A DNA stretch of 64,000 nucleotides from Thiohalocapsa sp. Lineage in GTDB: Bacteria > Pseudomonadota > Gammaproteobacteria > Chromatiales > Chromatiaceae. The position numbers and the translations under genes were made by a program. The stretch lies in the NCBI GenBank assembly GCA_021736785.1, contig JAIPFF010000024.1, positions 1,507 to 65,506 of the forward strand. The letters run 5' to 3'. The notes beneath the pieces are model-generated. The model made no database searches and had not been told where the DNA came from. It worked only from the letters and a program-made list of their open reading frames with translations. This document shows positions 9,242 to 18,569 of this stretch, in pieces; position 1 is the first letter of the stretch; each line of letters starts with the position of its first letter.

Positions 9242-9535
9242 GGGCTGTTGATCCTCTGGGGGACGAAACGGGGCCTAGCATGGGGTGCCGTGGTTGGAGG
9301 CCGCTTCCGACCGGCGGAGCGCCGAACCACGGATACACCGGCGCGAATAGTAACGCGCACGGCCTGATCGGTTCACCTTCGCTTGTGCCGCGGCCGCCCG
9401 GCAGCCCGTGCTCGCAGGTGCCGCGCGGCGGTAACGGGCGCGTCGGCCGGGCTTCGGCAATGAGCACCGGCTTGGCATAATGGCATCCCAGTGCGCGGCC
9501 CAGCCGTATCGAGCGCCGTCAGTAGAGTGCCGACC

Positions 9536-9790
9536 ATGACCCCTGCCAGCAGCAACGAGAAACGCTTCGACCCCAGTCCCGACGAGCGCGAGCGCATGGT
9601 GGCCGTCGCCGCCTACTATCTCGCCGAGCACCGCGGCTTCGCCCCCGGCGGCCAAGACGACGATTGGCGCCGCGCGGAGCGCCAGATCGACAGCATGCTC
9701 GCTACGATGCGACGGTGCGGCGTCGACGGCGAGACATTGCGGCGAACCGGGCTGCGCAACGCACTGCGCATGTGGGCAAGGGACGGCTGA
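9536..9790 (+). CDS. DUF2934 domain protein
   Basis: ORF 9491..9790 (GTG start), trimmed to the ATG at 9536. 'RMVAVAAYYLAEHRGFAPGGQDDDWRRAE' matches the DUF2934 core. Confidence 0.6.
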   Translation: MTPASSNEKRFDPSPDERERMVAVAAYYLAEHRGFAPGGQDDDWRRAERQIDSMLATMRRCGVDGETLRRTGLRNALRMWARDG

Positions 9791-9841
9791 GCGCGCGGCG
9801 CGCCCGCCGATGCCCGGGCGCCGCCGTCGCGGGCCTCGCCG

Positions 9842-10741
9842 CTAACGATCGGGTACAACCGGCCCCGCCCCGTCGCCGTCGCTCGGCATGCCCTTCTCCG
9901 CCGGGGCGGAACGGTCTTGCTGCAGCAGCGTCTCGATACGCGCCAGGCGCTGCTCGATGACCTCGGTATGCTCGCGGATCCAGTGCACTTCTCCCGCCTC
10001 GCCTTGGCCCGTGGCCACGTCCATGCGCTCGTGCTCCTTCTGCAGCGTGTCCAGCACGATCCCGATCATCATGTTCAGAAACACGAACGCGATGATGAAG
10101 ATGAACGTGAGGTAGTAGATCCAGCTCAGCGGGAATACCGCCATGGTCTCGTACATCACGTCGGTCCAGTCCTCGAAGGTCGCGACACGAAACAGCGTCA
10201 GCATCGCGATGGAAATGTTGCCCCACAGCGTCTCGTTGATGCCGTTGAAGAAAATGCTGCCCGCTGCCGCGTAGATGTAGAAGATGATGAACATCAACAG
10301 CGACACGTAGCCCATGCGCGGGATGGCCGTCACGAAGGCGTTCAGCAACACCCGAAGCTCGGGAACGATCGAGACCAAGCGCAACACCCGAAAGATCCGC
10401 AGCAGGCGTCCGAGCAGCGCCATCTGACTCTCCTCCACGGGAATCAGGCTGGCGACGACGATCACGAAATCGAACAGATTCCAGCCTTGCGAGAAGAACC
10501 GGCGCAGGCTGCCGTCGGCCAGTATCCGCACCAGAATCTCGGCCAGGAAGAACAGTGTCACGGCCACGTCCAGAACGTTGAAGACCTCGAGCACGGCAGG
10601 CCGGAAGTCGTAGGTACTGGCACCGATGACCAGCGCCGAGAACACGATGACGACGATGACGAAGGTTTCGAAGGCTTTATTGGCACGCAACGCGGCGAAG
10701 CGCGCCTGAAGATCGGCGAAAGAGACAGCCATTGGCGACAT
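9842..10741 (-). CDS. voltage-gated ion channel, BacNav/NaChBac family (single 6-TM domain)
   Basis: 299 aa. S4 segment 'RLLRIFRVLRLV' has four Arg at every third position. Pore 'LFRVATFEDWTDVMY' (filter TFEDWTD encoded at 10160..10180). C-terminal coiled-coil-like 'IREHTEVIEQRLARIETLLQQ'. Confidence 0.88.
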   Translation of the reverse strand: MSPMAVSFADLQARFAALRANKAFETFVIVVIVFSALVIGASTYDFRPAVLEVFNVLDVAVTLFFLAEILVRILADGSLRRFFSQGWNLFDFVIVVASLIPVEESQMALLGRLLRIFRVLRLVSIVPELRVLLNAFVTAIPRMGYVSLLMFIIFYIYAAAGSIFFNGINETLWGNISIAMLTLFRVATFEDWTDVMYETMAVFPLSWIYYLTFIFIIAFVFLNMMIGIVLDTLQKEHERMDVATGQGEAGEVHWIREHTEVIEQRLARIETLLQQDRSAPAEKGMPSDGDGAGPVVPDR

Positions 10742-10987
10742 TCACAAGATAGGAGCTGACGGAAACCGGCGCGCGAGCCGGCGGTGCCGGAATGGGCCGA
10801 TCACGGCCGCGGCGCCGACGGTGATGTGCAGAGAACCGCCGCCTTCGCGCGCCGGCGCTGGGGTTAGCAGAAGGGGGCTTGTCGCGCTATTTCAAGATCC
10901 GCCGTGGGGTCATCACGGCGGGCCGCGAGTAAGCGATTCCGGGACGCGAACGCGCAGGCAAGGGTGCAGGCGGTGCGGCGGGCCTCC

Positions 10988-11016
10988 TTGGCAAGCGCTG
11001 CGCGTTGTCATAGTAT
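10988..11016 (+). promoter_or_regulatory. candidate sigma70-type promoter for the napC-ank-fccAB operon
   Basis: TTGGCA (10988..10993), a 17-nt spacer, then TAGTAT (11011..11016), about 110 nt upstream of the NapC-like start. Pattern match only. Confidence 0.3.
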
Positions 11017-11127
11017 GCGCGCCAGATAACGATAACTAGAACGAACCCGGCGACAAGGTATCACGGGTCGATCGCCGACGGACGCTCCTACGTCCCCCCG
11101 GCGCTTACCGCTAAAGTGAGGGTTTCG

Positions 11128-11676
11128 ATGCCGGCTTCCAAAGGCTCCTCGAAAAAATCCGCGCGGACGAAATTGATCGTCGTCGCCGCCGTGTTCATTG
11201 CGGGCGTCGTCTTTGCCGGGCTGTTCAATGTCGGCATGGCGTACACCAACGAGATGGACTTCTGTATTTCGTGCCACACGATGGAGACGAACTACAAGGA
11301 GTACACGGAAACGCTCCACTACAAGAACCAGTCCGGCGTCCAGGCCACCTGCGCCGACTGCCACGTGCCGAAGGAATTCGTGCCGAAGATGGTCACCAAG
11401 ATCATCGCCGCCAAGGATGTTTATCACGAAATCATCGGCACCATCAGCACGCCCGAGAAATTCGAGGCACACCGCTGGGACATGGCCTCTCGCGTGTGGA
11501 AGAAGATGGAGCGCTCGGACTCGCGCGAGTGCCGCACCTGCCACCAACTCGCCAATATGGATCTCTCCGAGCAGGGCCGCTCGGCGCGCAGCCGCCACGC
11601 GCGCGCCGAAGAAAAGGGCCAGACCTGTATCGATTGCCACACCGGCGTCGCTCACGTCGAGCCGGACGAGCCCTAG
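11128..11676 (+). CDS. NapC/NirT/CymA-family membrane-anchored tetrahaem cytochrome c (quinol dehydrogenase type)
   Basis: ORF 11116..11676 (GTG start), trimmed to the ATG at 11128 (GAGGG lies 5 nt upstream). N-terminal TM '[18 protein letters not shown]'. Four CxxCH motifs: CISCH, CADCH, CRTCH, CIDCH. Confidence 0.88.
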   Translation: MPASKGSSKKSARTKLIVVAAVFIAGVVFAGLFNVGMAYTNEMDFCISCHTMETNYKEYTETLHYKNQSGVQATCADCHVPKEFVPKMVTKIIAAKDVYHEIIGTISTPEKFEAHRWDMASRVWKKMERSDSRECRTCHQLANMDLSEQGRSARSRHARAEEKGQTCIDCHTGVAHVEPDEP

Positions 11677-11710
11677 GACCGAATCCACCGTGACACCGGC
11701 ACGCCTCAAC

Positions 11711-12694
11711 ATGCATTCATCCACAGCGCCCTCGACCGCAAAACGCCGCCGTGCGCAGGCGGCGCGCGGGTTGGCGTTGGCGGGCTGGCTGCTCGCCTTC
11801 GCGGGCACGCAGGTGTTTGCCGGCGACGGGCTCGATAAAGACCTACGACTCGCTGCAATGATCGGCGACACCGAGGGCGCCGCCGCCGCCCTCGACGCCG
11901 GAGCGCACGTCGACGCCGCGAGTCAATTCGGTAAGACCGCGCTGATGATGGCCGTGGAAAGCGACAGCCTCGAGACCGTGGCCCTGCTGCTCACGCGCGG
12001 CGCCGACGTCAACGCGCGCACCGTGGCCGGCTGCACGGCGCTGACCTTCGCCGCCGAAAACGGACATATCGGGCTGACAGCCCTTCTGATCGAGCGCGGC
12101 GCCAACGTCCACGACCGCACTCGTGCAGGTTGGGACTCGCTGATGATCGCCTCGCGCTACGGCATCACCCGTATGGTCGAGCAATTGCTGTATCGCGGCG
12201 CGGACCCCAAGGCCTCGGACAAGGACGGCCGTACCGCACTGATGCAGGCTGCTGCCAAAGGCCACGCGCAGACGGTCGCACTGCTGCTCGCCAACGGCGC
12301 CGATGTCGACGCCCGCGACAAGCAAGGCGCCACGGCACTGATCATCGCCGCCGGTCACGGGCACGTCGACGCGGTCTCCACGCTGCTGGCGGCAGGCGCC
12401 GACGTCGATGCCCGCGACGAGCTCGGCGCGACGGCTCTGTTGTGGGCGGTAGGCAACGGCAGGGACGCGGTCGCGACAACGCTGCTCGAAGCGGGCGCGA
12501 ACCCGAATGTCCAGGACAACGACGGCGTCTCCGCACTGATGGAGGCCGTGACCAGCAACCACGTCGAGCTCATCGGCCCCTTGCTTCGGCACAGGGCCGA
12601 TCCGACTCTGACCGACGGCGACGGCCACACGGCGACCGACCTGGCTCGTGCCAGCGGCAATGAGGCGGCCGTCACTTCTCTGGTGCAGCCCTGA
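11711..12694 (+). CDS. ankyrin-repeat protein with an N-terminal signal peptide (predicted periplasmic)
   Basis: ORF 11198..12694, trimmed to the ATG at 11711. Signal-like '[22 protein letters not shown]'. About 8-9 ankyrin units ('[21 protein letters not shown]', '[13 protein letters not shown]..', '[26 protein letters not shown]' and others). Confidence 0.85.
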   Translation: MHSSTAPSTAKRRRAQAARGLALAGWLLAFAGTQVFAGDGLDKDLRLAAMIGDTEGAAAALDAGAHVDAASQFGKTALMMAVESDSLETVALLLTRGADVNARTVAGCTALTFAAENGHIGLTALLIERGANVHDRTRAGWDSLMIASRYGITRMVEQLLYRGADPKASDKDGRTALMQAAAKGHAQTVALLLANGADVDARDKQGATALIIAAGHGHVDAVSTLLAAGADVDARDELGATALLWAVGNGRDAVATTLLEAGANPNVQDNDGVSALMEAVTSNHVELIGPLLRHRADPTLTDGDGHTATDLARASGNEAAVTSLVQP

Positions 12695-12812
12695 CACAAG
12701 CGCGCACCAGCCCGATGCTCGGAGCCGCGGCGCATGTTGTTCCGCAGTCCGGCATGGCGGAGGACCTCTCCGCACCGACCCGAAAGTCTGTCTAGTTCCC
12801 GAAGGAGGAATA

Positions 12813-13460
12813 ATGGCCACGCAAACCAAAAAACTGGCCCTGGTTGGCAGTGCGCTTGCGCTCTGTCTTTCGACCAGCGCAATGGCCGAGGGGCCGACCG
12901 CCAAAATGCTCGCCGACACCTGCGCCGGCTGCCACGGCACCAACGGCAACAGCGTCGGCCCGGCATCGCCGTCCATCGCCGCCATGGATCCGATCGTCTT
13001 CGTCGACACGATGATCGCTTTCCAGAACGGTGACACCTACTCCACGATCATGGGCCGCATTGCGAAGGGCTACACCGAAGAAGAGCTCGAGCAGATGGGC
13101 GAATTCTTCCACAAGCAGGAGTACGTGCCCGCGGAGCAAGAGTTCGACCAGGCGATGGTCGACGAGGGCGCAAAGCTGCACGACAAGTATTGCGAGAAGT
13201 GCCACATCGAAGGCGGTAAGCCTGTACCGGACGAAGAGGACTACTACATCCTCGCGGGTCAGTGGACCCCCTACCTGAAGTACGCGATGACCGACTTCCA
13301 GGAAGATCGCCGCATCATGCCCAAGAAGATGGCCCGCAAACTGGACTCGATGCTCGAGGACAAGGGTGAAGAATCCCTCGACGCCCTCTACGCCTTCTAC
13401 GCCGCGTATACCGATTTCGAGAGCAGCGGCGCCGGTGACGACGACGAAGACGAAGACTGA
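12813..13460 (+). CDS. fccA: flavocytochrome c sulfide dehydrogenase, dihaem cytochrome c subunit
   Basis: ORF 12648..13460, trimmed to the ATG at 12813 (AGGAGG upstream). Signal peptide '[18 protein letters not shown]'. Two haem sites, 'CAGCH' and 'CEKCH'. Acidic tail '[10 protein letters not shown]'. Confidence 0.85.
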   Translation: MATQTKKLALVGSALALCLSTSAMAEGPTAKMLADTCAGCHGTNGNSVGPASPSIAAMDPIVFVDTMIAFQNGDTYSTIMGRIAKGYTEEELEQMGEFFHKQEYVPAEQEFDQAMVDEGAKLHDKYCEKCHIEGGKPVPDEEDYYILAGQWTPYLKYAMTDFQEDRRIMPKKMARKLDSMLEDKGEESLDALYAFYAAYTDFESSGAGDDDEDED

Positions 13461-13484
13461 GCCACGAGAAGGAGAGGACAAAAC

Positions 13485-14777
13485 ATGAGCATGAATCGAC
13501 GTGATTTCGTCAAGACCACCGGCGCCCTGGCCGCCATCGGCGCGGTAGGATTGCCCAACATCGCCCTCGGGCAGGGCAAAAAGGTCGTCATCGTCGGCGG
13601 CGGCACCGGCGGCGGCACCGCGGCCAAATACATCAAGATGGCCGATGCGTCCATCGACGTGACGCTGATCGAGCCCAATAAGGAATATTACACCTGCTAC
13701 ATGAGCAACGAGGTCCTGAGCGGGCACCGCTCGATGGACTCCATTAGGCACGGCTACGACGGTCTCAAGGCGCACGGCGTCAACGTGGTCCATGACGCCG
13801 CGGCCGGCATCGATGCCGAGAAAAAGGTCGTCAAGACCGCCGGCGGTCAGGAATTCCCGTATGACCGCTGCATCGTCTCTCCCGGCGTATCGATGCTGTA
13901 CGACAAGATCGAGGGCTACAGCGAGGAAGCGGCACAGAAGATGCCCCATGCGTGGAAGGCCGGCGAGCAGACGCAGTTGCTGCGCGGACAGCTCGAGGCC
14001 ATGGAAGATGGCGGCGTCGTCATCATCTCGTCGCCGCCGAACCCTTTCCGCTGCCCGCCGGGACCCTACGAGCGCGCGAGTCAGATCGCGATGTATCTGA
14101 AAGAGGCCAAGCCGAAGTCGAAGGTGCTGATCCTCGATTCCAAGCAGAAGTTCTCCAAGCAGGCACTGTTCACCCAGGGCTGGGAGAAGCTGTATGGCTA
14201 CGGCACAGACAACAGCCTGATCGAGTGGCAGCCGGGCCCCGACGCAGCCGTGGTCAGCGTCGACGCCGACAATATGTCTGTCGAGACCGGCTTCGGGGAC
14301 GAGGTCAAGGGCGCCGTCATCAACGTGATCCCGCCGCAATCCGCCGGCAAAATCGCGATCGATGCCGGTTTGGCCGACGATAGCGGCTGGTGCCCGGTGG
14401 ATAAGAAGACCTTCGAATCGACGATCCACCCCGGCATTCACGTCATCGGAGACGCCTGCATCGCTACCACGATGCCCAAGTCGGGCTACGCGGCCAACAG
14501 CCAGGGCAAAGTTGCCGCCGCCGCGGTTATTTCGCTGTTGAACGGCGACGAGCCCGGCACGCCGGCCTACGTCAACACCTGCTATTCCATCATCGGCAAG
14601 GACTACGGCATCTCCGTTGCCGCGGTCTACAAGCTGAGCGAGGACGGGGCGACCATCGCCGGCGTCGAGGGCTCCGGCGGACTGACGCCGATGGACGCAC
14701 CCGAGTTCGCGCTCGCCCGCGAAGTGGAGTACGCGTATAGCTGGTACAACAACATCGTGCACGACATCTTCGGCTGA
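13485..14777 (+). CDS. fccB: flavocytochrome c sulfide dehydrogenase, FAD-binding subunit (Tat-exported)
   Basis: 430 aa. Tat motif 'NRRDFVK', FAD fold '[16 protein letters not shown]', FAD-linking Cys context 'YYTCYMSN', redox Cys contexts '[12 protein letters not shown]' and 'IGDACIA'. Confidence 0.92.
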   Translation: MSMNRRDFVKTTGALAAIGAVGLPNIALGQGKKVVIVGGGTGGGTAAKYIKMADASIDVTLIEPNKEYYTCYMSNEVLSGHRSMDSIRHGYDGLKAHGVNVVHDAAAGIDAEKKVVKTAGGQEFPYDRCIVSPGVSMLYDKIEGYSEEAAQKMPHAWKAGEQTQLLRGQLEAMEDGGVVIISSPPNPFRCPPGPYERASQIAMYLKEAKPKSKVLILDSKQKFSKQALFTQGWEKLYGYGTDNSLIEWQPGPDAAVVSVDADNMSVETGFGDEVKGAVINVIPPQSAGKIAIDAGLADDSGWCPVDKKTFESTIHPGIHVIGDACIATTMPKSGYAANSQGKVAAAAVISLLNGDEPGTPAYVNTCYSIIGKDYGISVAAVYKLSEDGATIAGVEGSGGLTPMDAPEFALAREVEYAYSWYNNIVHDIFG

Positions 14778-14836
14778 TACGTCCGACACCGTGTTTAGCC
14801 GGCGCGCAGTGTATGCCGTCCGCTGCACATGAGAAG

Positions 14837-14864
14837 AAAAGGGGCCCCAAGGGCCCCTTTTTTT
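14837..14864. terminator. rho-independent, potentially bidirectional terminator between fccB and the DUF2333 gene
   Basis: AAAA-GGGGCCC-caa-GGGCCCC-TTTTTTT. The 7-bp GC stem (14841..14847 paired with 14851..14857) is flanked by an A-run and a 7-T run. It lies between convergent genes. Confidence 0.8.
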
Positions 14865-14995
14865 ATGCCTGCCGCCGGCGCGTGTCTCCTCGTGGGGATC
14901 GACCATCCGGTAGCCAGGCCGGCAGTTGCGCCTCGCGCCCGGCGCCTCGTGGCGGCCCCCGTGTCACCTCAGCGGGCGTTTGCGCCGATCTGCTA

Positions 14996-16084
14996 TCAGC
15001 CTCGCTGCAGAAGATTCCGCAGATCGAGCACGGCAGCGTTGGTGCGGGCGATGTACGAGGCCAGTACCAGGGAGTGGTTCGCCAAAACACCGAAGCCATG
15101 ACCATTCAGCACCATCGGCGACCATTTGCGGATCGTCGCCTGCTCCAGATCACGGATGATCTGCTGCATCGAGACCTCGGCATTCTTGGTGGCCAGCACG
15201 TCTTGGAAGTCGATGGCCAGCGCCTGCATCATGTGCAGCAACGCCCAGGAATAGCCGCGCGCCTCGAAGAAGACGTTGTCTATCTCGTACCAGGGCGTGC
15301 GGTCCACCAGCGCTTGGCCGCCGGAGGCGTTGGTCAGTGCAGCGGTCAGCTCGGCATCGCCGACGCTGGCGGTCAAGCGCTGTCCGTAGCTCCCGAGCCG
15401 CTTTTCCACCACCTGCAGATAGGCGTTGAGATTGTCCGCGCGGGTATAGAAACGTGCGCTCGCGTCGGTGCCCGACTGCAAAGCCGTCAAGTAGTCTTCA
15501 AGCGCCCGGATACCCCGGCCATACTCTTCCTCCGCCGAAGGCAGGAACCAGGCGTCCGCATTGAAGTTGAACTGAGAATCCGCTTGCTTCAAATTTTCGT
15601 TTTCGAGCGACTGGGTCTGCGACCGGCTGAAGTCGTTGCGCATCGAGCGAACCGAATCGCGCAGTTCGGTCAGCGCACCGTATTCCCAGCTCGGCATATT
15701 GTCCATGAGCACACCGGGCGGCAGTACGTCGTTGTGCAGGTAGCCACCCGGCTTGTCCAGCAGCGAGCTGGCAACCCTGATCGCCGCGCCGACCGTCGCG
15801 GTTCCGGGCACAAGCTCCGAGGCTTCGACGCCGGCTAGTTCCGCCGCATTCTGCTCGACGTCGAATTTCTCCGGCTGCAGTGACCACCAAATGCCGAGGC
15901 CGACGACCACAAAGACCGCAAACGCGGCCGTGGCGAAAAGCAGCCCGAGCCGACTGCTCCCCTTCTCGTCTATCCGGCCGGGATCAGTGGTGTCCGCCAC
16001 CGGCGCGGTATCCACCGCTTCGTCGCCGGCGGGACGGTCGTTCTGCCCACTACCGTTCTGCCCATTGAGGCTGTTGCTCGTCAT
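14996..16084 (-). CDS. DUF2333 family protein (one N-terminal TM)
   Basis: 362 aa. TM 'LGLLFATAAFAVFVVVGLGIWW'. 'KPGGYLHNDVLPPGVLMDNMPSWEYGAL' and 'FFEARGYSWALLHMMQAL' resemble DUF2333 as I recall it. Confidence 0.65.
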   Translation of the reverse strand: MTSNSLNGQNGSGQNDRPAGDEAVDTAPVADTTDPGRIDEKGSSRLGLLFATAAFAVFVVVGLGIWWSLQPEKFDVEQNAAELAGVEASELVPGTATVGAAIRVASSLLDKPGGYLHNDVLPPGVLMDNMPSWEYGALTELRDSVRSMRNDFSRSQTQSLENENLKQADSQFNFNADAWFLPSAEEEYGRGIRALEDYLTALQSGTDASARFYTRADNLNAYLQVVEKRLGSYGQRLTASVGDAELTAALTNASGGQALVDRTPWYEIDNVFFEARGYSWALLHMMQALAIDFQDVLATKNAEVSMQQIIRDLEQATIRKWSPMVLNGHGFGVLANHSLVLASYIARTNAAVLDLRNLLQRG

Positions 16085-16677
16085 AAATTACTACCTATCA
16101 CTGGTTGGTATTTGCACATCGGAATCAAGGCGCGCGCTGGTCGGCAGCGCCCGCGACTGCCCGCCACGGTTCGTTCTTCGAGCCCGGTGGGCGCAGCCGG
16201 TAGCGCTGTTGATCTGCGCTTGGATGTGCGCCGAAGTAGCAGTGCCGGCACCTCGGCGGCCGCGGGGGGGGAAATTCCAGGTTGATCACGCGCTGCACGC
16301 GGCTCCTTTTCGGTGCGGAAAGCGAAGATCGTTTGTGCCGGGACCGCGTAGACCATCGACACCGGCGCAACTAGCTCCGGTAGGCGACGGCGGCCGAATT
16401 CGCGCACCGCGGCAGACCCGGGACGGCCGAGACCGACGGCTGGAATGTTGCAGCGCCCGCCGCGACGGGCGGCATCGACTGCAGCCAAAGTGTCACGCGC
16501 GGCGTCCGCGCGGACTTCGATGGTGACGGCCTCGGCGCATAGGCGACAATCGGCGTCACCGGGATGGCGACATTCCACAGTAAGCCGCCCCGGAACAAAA
16601 CGATAAAAATCGTCGGCGAGCAACGGAATTTCGGTCACGAGACCGCTGACTAGGTGCCGGGTGGCGTACTTGACCAT
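16081..16677 (-). CDS. hypothetical protein (weak call; may be a decayed or phase-variable ORF)
   Basis: ORF 16081..16872, trimmed to the ATG at 16677 (MVKYATRHLVSGLVTEIPLLADDFYRF...). The first ~130 codons look coding. The remainder is low-complexity and Arg-rich, contains a G8/C8 tract (16264..16271) and runs into the AT-rich leader of the DUF2333 gene (ATGA overlap). Confidence 0.3.
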   Translation of the reverse strand: MVKYATRHLVSGLVTEIPLLADDFYRFVPGRLTVECRHPGDADCRLCAEAVTIEVRADAARDTLAAVDAARRGGRCNIPAVGLGRPGSAAVREFGRRRLPELVAPVSMVYAVPAQTIFAFRTEKEPRAARDQPGISPPAAAEVPALLLRRTSKRRSTALPAAPTGLEERTVAGSRGRCRPARALIPMCKYQPVIGSNL

Positions 16678-17168
16678 GAAACCGGTGGCGTTTTCAAATA
16701 TTGTGCACTTGGCGCCGCACCGCCCGGAAAACAAGCGATGCGCGATCCGTCGAAGCCCTTTGCGCGGCCGCATTGAATTGCCCCATCGCCGCCGCATTTG
16801 AGAAAGCCACGCCGGGGCAAACCCTGATTCCCGTGGGGCAGTCACCGATGGAGCGGGTCGGTGCCGGGTCAACGGCTCGCATGCATCCGCACATGCGCGT
16901 CGGGCGGGTAGTCGGCATCTTGCAAGCGTTGGCTTTCCCGGCCAAGAATGCGGGCGGTGCGTGAAGACCGCCGCTGCCGGTAGTCTCGCCTCGTTCCTCG
17001 CGTTACGCCGACGGGGAGCAATTTGCTCGGGAAGTCCGCAACGCCGCGTGCGACCCTCGGTGGTTCGTTTTTTTCGAGGCTTTTACAACGGAGACTTCGA
17101 GTTCCTCGTGAATTGGGCGAACAAGACCTCATCTGCTGTGGAAGGCTCCTGCAGCGCGGAATCCCGCT

Positions 17169-17711
17169 ATGACCACAACTGAAGCGCCGGCTCCGTCCGC
17201 ATCGGTGATCGCCCGTCGGCTCGTCTCTCTGCACGGGCTGACCCGACTGGTGCTGTTCGCCGGGTTTTGGCTGGTGTTCGCCGGCAATGACCCGCAGTCG
17301 TGGATCATCGGTGCGCCCGCGGTGCTGCTGGCCAGTTGGACGGCGGAGCGTCTCTCGCGCCGCCGCGGGCGCGACGTCACCCTCGGCGGCTTGCTGCGCT
17401 ACATCCCTTTCTTTCTCTGGGAGTCCATTTTGGGCGGTACCGATGTCGCGAAACGTGTAATGCGCCCCGAAGTCGACATCGCCCCCGGATTGATCGAATA
17501 CAAAATCCGTCTGACCGAGCCGGGCGCGCGCGTCTTCTTTCTCGACAGCATCAGCCTGCTGCCGGGCACCCTGAGCGCCGATTACCGCGACGGCATCGCC
17601 TATGTGCATGCCCTCGATGCGGATGAAGACCTGCTCGATCCATTGCGCCGCCTGGAGCTTCGCGTGGCGGACCTGTTCGGCGAGCGACTCGGAGGCGAGC
17701 CCGATGCATGA
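17169..17711 (+). CDS. mrpE: Na+/H+ (monovalent cation/H+) antiporter subunit E
   Basis: 180 aa. 'SISLLPGTLSADYRDGIAYVHALD' is a typical MnhE/MrpE signature. Confidence 0.85.
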   Translation: MTTTEAPAPSASVIARRLVSLHGLTRLVLFAGFWLVFAGNDPQSWIIGAPAVLLASWTAERLSRRRGRDVTLGGLLRYIPFFLWESILGGTDVAKRVMRPEVDIAPGLIEYKIRLTEPGARVFFLDSISLLPGTLSADYRDGIAYVHALDADEDLLDPLRRLELRVADLFGERLGGEPDA

Positions 17712-17967
17712 AATTCTGATCGCCGTCGCCATCATCCTGCTGATCAGCATGAGCGTGGGGCTGATCCGTATCGTGATCGGCCCGACACCGGCAGACCGCA
17801 TGATGGCCGCGCAGTTGCTCGGCACCTCCGGTATCGGGGTATTGGCACTGTTGGCGCCCGCTCTGGGTGTACCGGCACTGATGGACGTGGCGCTGATCTT
17901 TGCACTGCTCGCGGCCGTCTCCGTGGCGGCGTTCACCCGTCGGCGCGTCGGCCAGGACCGCCCGTAA
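17704..17967 (+). CDS. mrpF: monovalent cation/H+ antiporter subunit F
   Basis: ORF 17602..17967, trimmed to the ATG at 17704 (overlaps the mrpE stop). 'LIRIVIGPTPADRMMAAQLLGT' is the MnhF motif. Confidence 0.85.
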   Translation: MHEILIAVAIILLISMSVGLIRIVIGPTPADRMMAAQLLGTSGIGVLALLAPALGVPALMDVALIFALLAAVSVAAFTRRRVGQDRP

Positions 17968-18263
17968 TGAATATCTTGCTCGACCTGCTATCGGTTCTGT
18001 TGATTCTGGCGGGTGCGTTCTTTTTCATTGCCGGCACCGTCGGCCTGTTGCGCCTCCCCGACCTCTTCACCCGTCTGCACGCGCTGACGAAGGCGGATAA
18101 CCTCGGGCTGGGACTGATCATGCTCGGCTGCGTGCGTTTTGCACCCGATGGGCTCTACATTGCCAAAATGCTGCTGTTGTGGCTGCTGATCATGGCCTCG
18201 GGCGCGACTGCTTCCCACCTGATCGCGAAGCGCGCGCTGCGCGGCGACGGCGAGGATTACTGA
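17967..18263 (+). CDS. mrpG: monovalent cation/H+ antiporter subunit G
   Basis: 98 aa with a TAATG overlap. 'GTVGLLRLPDLFTRLHALTKADNLG' is the MnhG motif. Confidence 0.88.
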   Translation: MNILLDLLSVLLILAGAFFFIAGTVGLLRLPDLFTRLHALTKADNLGLGLIMLGCVRFAPDGLYIAKMLLLWLLIMASGATASHLIAKRALRGDGEDY

Positions 18264-18266
18264 ATC

Positions 18267-18569
18267 ATGACGCAGTTACTGCTGCTGTTCGATGTGGTGC
18301 TGCTGACGACGCTGCTTGCGCTGGCGGTGGCCGCGGTCACGAGTCCGGAGCCGCGGCGCGCGGTGATGTTGTTCATTGCCTTCGGTCTGTGGCTGTCGAT
18401 GGTCTGGGCCAGGCTGCGCGCCCCCGATGTGGCGCTGGCGGAAGCCGCGATCGGTGCCGGGCTCGGCGGTGCGCTGATGCTCGCCGCTGCCCGCCGCGCG
18501 GCAAAACGCGAGGCGGGCGATTCGACGGAGTCCGCCGGCGATAGCGGCGCCGGAGGGCCGCCCGCATGA
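18267..18569 (+). CDS. DUF4040 (MbhD / MrpA C-terminal-like) membrane protein
   Basis: 100 aa. 'AVMLFIAFGLWLSMVWARLRAPDVALAEAAIGAGLGGAL' matches the DUF4040 pattern. Confidence 0.75.
   Translation: MTQLLLLFDVVLLTTLLALAVAAVTSPEPRRAVMLFIAFGLWLSMVWARLRAPDVALAEAAIGAGLGGALMLAAARRAAKREAGDSTESAGDSGAGGPPA

Noticed and set aside
10988-11003. Sigma-54 type promoter (TGGCA..TGC) overlapping the candidate -35 box
   Set aside because: The spacing between the GG and GC elements is about 2 nt too short for the TGGCAC-N5-TTGC consensus.
12792-14906. 704-aa minus-strand ORF
   Set aside because: It runs antisense across fccA and fccB, which carry unambiguous haem, FAD and Tat motifs. The translation is low-complexity and no family is recognisable.
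16869-17936. 355-aa minus-strand ORF
   Set aside because: It is mostly antisense to mrpE and mrpF. The remainder crosses the non-coding zone, and the translation has no motifs.
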